Below are positions 62,301 to 64,000 of a stretch of 64,000 bases of DNA, in pieces. Position numbers and translations under genes: made by a program. Source of the DNA: Macrostomum lignano. Lineage: Eukaryota. The stretch spans positions 323,206-387,205 of the forward strand of contig NIVC01000741.1 in NCBI GenBank assembly GCA_002269645.1, read 5' to 3'. Below the pieces are notes generated by a model. The model made no database searches. It was not told where the DNA came from and saw only the letters and a list, made by a program, of their open reading frames with translations. Each line of letters starts with the position of its first letter. The first letter of the stretch is position 1.

Positions 62301-64000
62301 TCGGACTGAATGGTCCTCCGTATGTAGTTTGATACAGGATGTAGGAACTCTGAATGTTTCCTAGTAGACAAATCTGCAAAACCGTTGTGTGGTACACAAT
62401 GTGTATTGTCTAGTGGTATGTCTGAAATGTATTAGCAAAGTGTCACGTTGTAACGAAATTCCTGCTCAATACTCACGCTCTCAACAGTAATTGGCATGCG
62501 GCAGCCAAACACGGAGATGTCCACTGTCATTGCGTAGTACCACCAGTTCGAATCATGTACCCTGAACAGTGTAATTGGCTCCACTGACTGCAAATGATGG
62601 AATAAAGCGCTCATCCGACAAGCCATCAACTGCACATGAAGGCGTAGTTGTAGTAGCAGTGGTCGTTGTGCTCGTCGTCGTGCTCGTCGTTGATGTCGAC
62701 GTGGTGGGTGTAGTTGTCGCTGTTGATGTTGTCGTCGGTGTAGTCGCAGTCGTTGTTGTGCTCGTCGAAGTGGTTGGTGTTGAAGTTGTCGTTGAGGTAG
62801 TCGTCGTCGTAGTACACGATACTGGCAGAGGAGTGAAACAGGCCTCGATGGAAAGGAAAAACTGATACGAATCGCCTGAGGCTGCGCTTTTAAACTCTTT
62901 CGGAACAATTCTCAGCTCGGAAATGGGAAGCATTGGGTAGTAGCACAGCGGTGTAGCAGTGTCACTTGTATTGTACAGCGACTGCTCGAAGAAGTCCCAG
63001 TAGAGGGTGGAGCCTTGACGGATGATAAGATCAGCTCGTTTTACATTACCGCCGAACAGACAAATCTAAAACGGAACGCATCTAATTTTAGCATTTGAAA
63101 TTGCTATTTTATTTAAATATCAAGAAAAGAACAAGTTACATACCCTATTAATTAGGATCGGTGTGCGGCAACCGGATACAGAAATGTCCACATAGACGCC
63201 TTCCACTGAGCCTCTGGGTACATTATATCCTGTTAACGGATTATAACTAGGAGCATTGATAGAAGAACTAGGAATCAAGACGCCGTTGAGTCCGTTCACC
63301 AAACAGGATGTTGTTGTCGACGGAGTGGTTGTAGTAGTGCTAGTTGCTGTTGTGGTCGATGTCGGCGTTGTGCTAGTAGTTGTGGGAGTTGTTGTTGTGG
63401 ATGAAGTAGTCGACGTTGTAGAAGTCGTTACAGGTTGAGTTTGACAGGCCGTAGACAGAGGCGCGAAACAGCCCTCAAGGCTCAGGAAGAATAAATAATT
63501 CGTTTCCAGCGACGAGCTGTTCAGTCACGACTGGCGTGATTGCAATTCCTTCGCGTTTGCTCCCAGAGTTATGCAAAGAGGAGTCAACGAAGACGAGACA
63601 GATACCAAATTGGATTCCAAGACAAGATCAAACCGACCGGTCGGATAAGTCGTCTGGGTAGACACGTTACCTGCCTTACATTTCCTGTCACACAAACTCT
63701 CGTTAGGTATGTAGGAACAGGATTACATCCTCCAGCTGTCAAATCTATGATAAGATCTCGTCTCGGACTCACTGGCATCTCGTATCGACCAGTTACATAA
63801 GTGCGCCGGTAATGGCCCAATCAGGTATGTACTTTCTATCACTAAGGCCATTGAGTGCTGGACAAATTGTAGGCTTGACAGTAGTTGTAGACGTTGTTGT
63901 CGTTGACGTTGTCGTAGGAGTTGTAGTTGTGCTGGTAGTTGTAGGTGTTGTAGTGGTTGTTGAAGTAGTCGTCGGTGTGTGTAGTGCTACTAGTTGTAGT
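49982..64000 (-). CDS. 3' portion of a very large multi-exon type I membrane mucin: [Cys domain + Thr-rich linker] x >=17, SEA, TM, cytoplasmic tail; 5' end is outside the window and the last exon was not resolved
   Basis: Recurrent module C.....D...LP..AITG...L.IDLT..GC...|.C..GNV..A...Y...LCY...I.P..LK...F.L...C..PL...C followed by T/S/P tracts; short GT-AG introns; scattered 1-2-bp indels interrupt some copies. Confidence 0.85.
50432..50770 (-). CDS. SEA domain of the mucin
   Basis: VPFSFRFSNLQWFDDYADPNSWRYKQLA...LQFKSGSVVISGNL includes a GSVVV-like autoproteolysis motif (GSVVI, ~50557-50571). Confidence 0.8.
50975..64000. repeat. Intragenic tandem duplication with a ~6.22-6.23-kb unit, at least 2.1 copies
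   Basis: Identical ORFs offset by 6230 (51801/58031, 52306/58536, 52989/59219) and 6221 (56354/62575, 57035/63256); introns are also nearly identical. Confidence 0.95.

Noticed and set aside
50776-63438. Plus-strand Val-rich hydrophobic ORFs
   Set aside because: Antisense reading of the Thr-rich mucin linkers.

Overview
Eukaryotic (metazoan) genomic DNA, most likely the flatworm Macrostomum lignano or a close relative. This is an inference from short private minisatellites in most introns and intergenic gaps of the 13-36 kb gene block, and from a 17-nt match to the 3' end of the M. lignano spliced leader as I recall it. Layout: (1) 0.5-13.4 kb: a MITE, two related minisatellites and two young Mag-like Ty3/Gypsy LTR retrotransposons, one nested in the 5' LTR of the other. 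(2) 13.9-17.8 kb: a 4-exon gene for a GPI-anchored protein with two Ly6/uPAR (three-finger) domains. (3) 18.6-35.7 kb: five compact co-oriented minus-strand housekeeping genes (UBFD1, ZCCHC4, CSTF2, RBM7, NUBP2) with trans-splicing-like 5' ends, plus a 5-kb satellite with a 1102-bp, 26-monomer higher-order repeat. (4) 36-49 kb: AT-rich region of partly nested MITEs. (5) 50-64 kb: the 3' part of a very large minus-strand membrane mucin, with at least 17 divergent Cys-containing (discoidin/F5-8C-like) domains separated by Thr-rich linkers, then SEA, TM and a cytoplasmic tail, built from a near-identical ~6.2-kb tandem duplication. All homology calls are from motif recognition by eye; no searches were run. 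Repeat boundaries are approximate, and several 1-bp indels look like long-read consensus errors.
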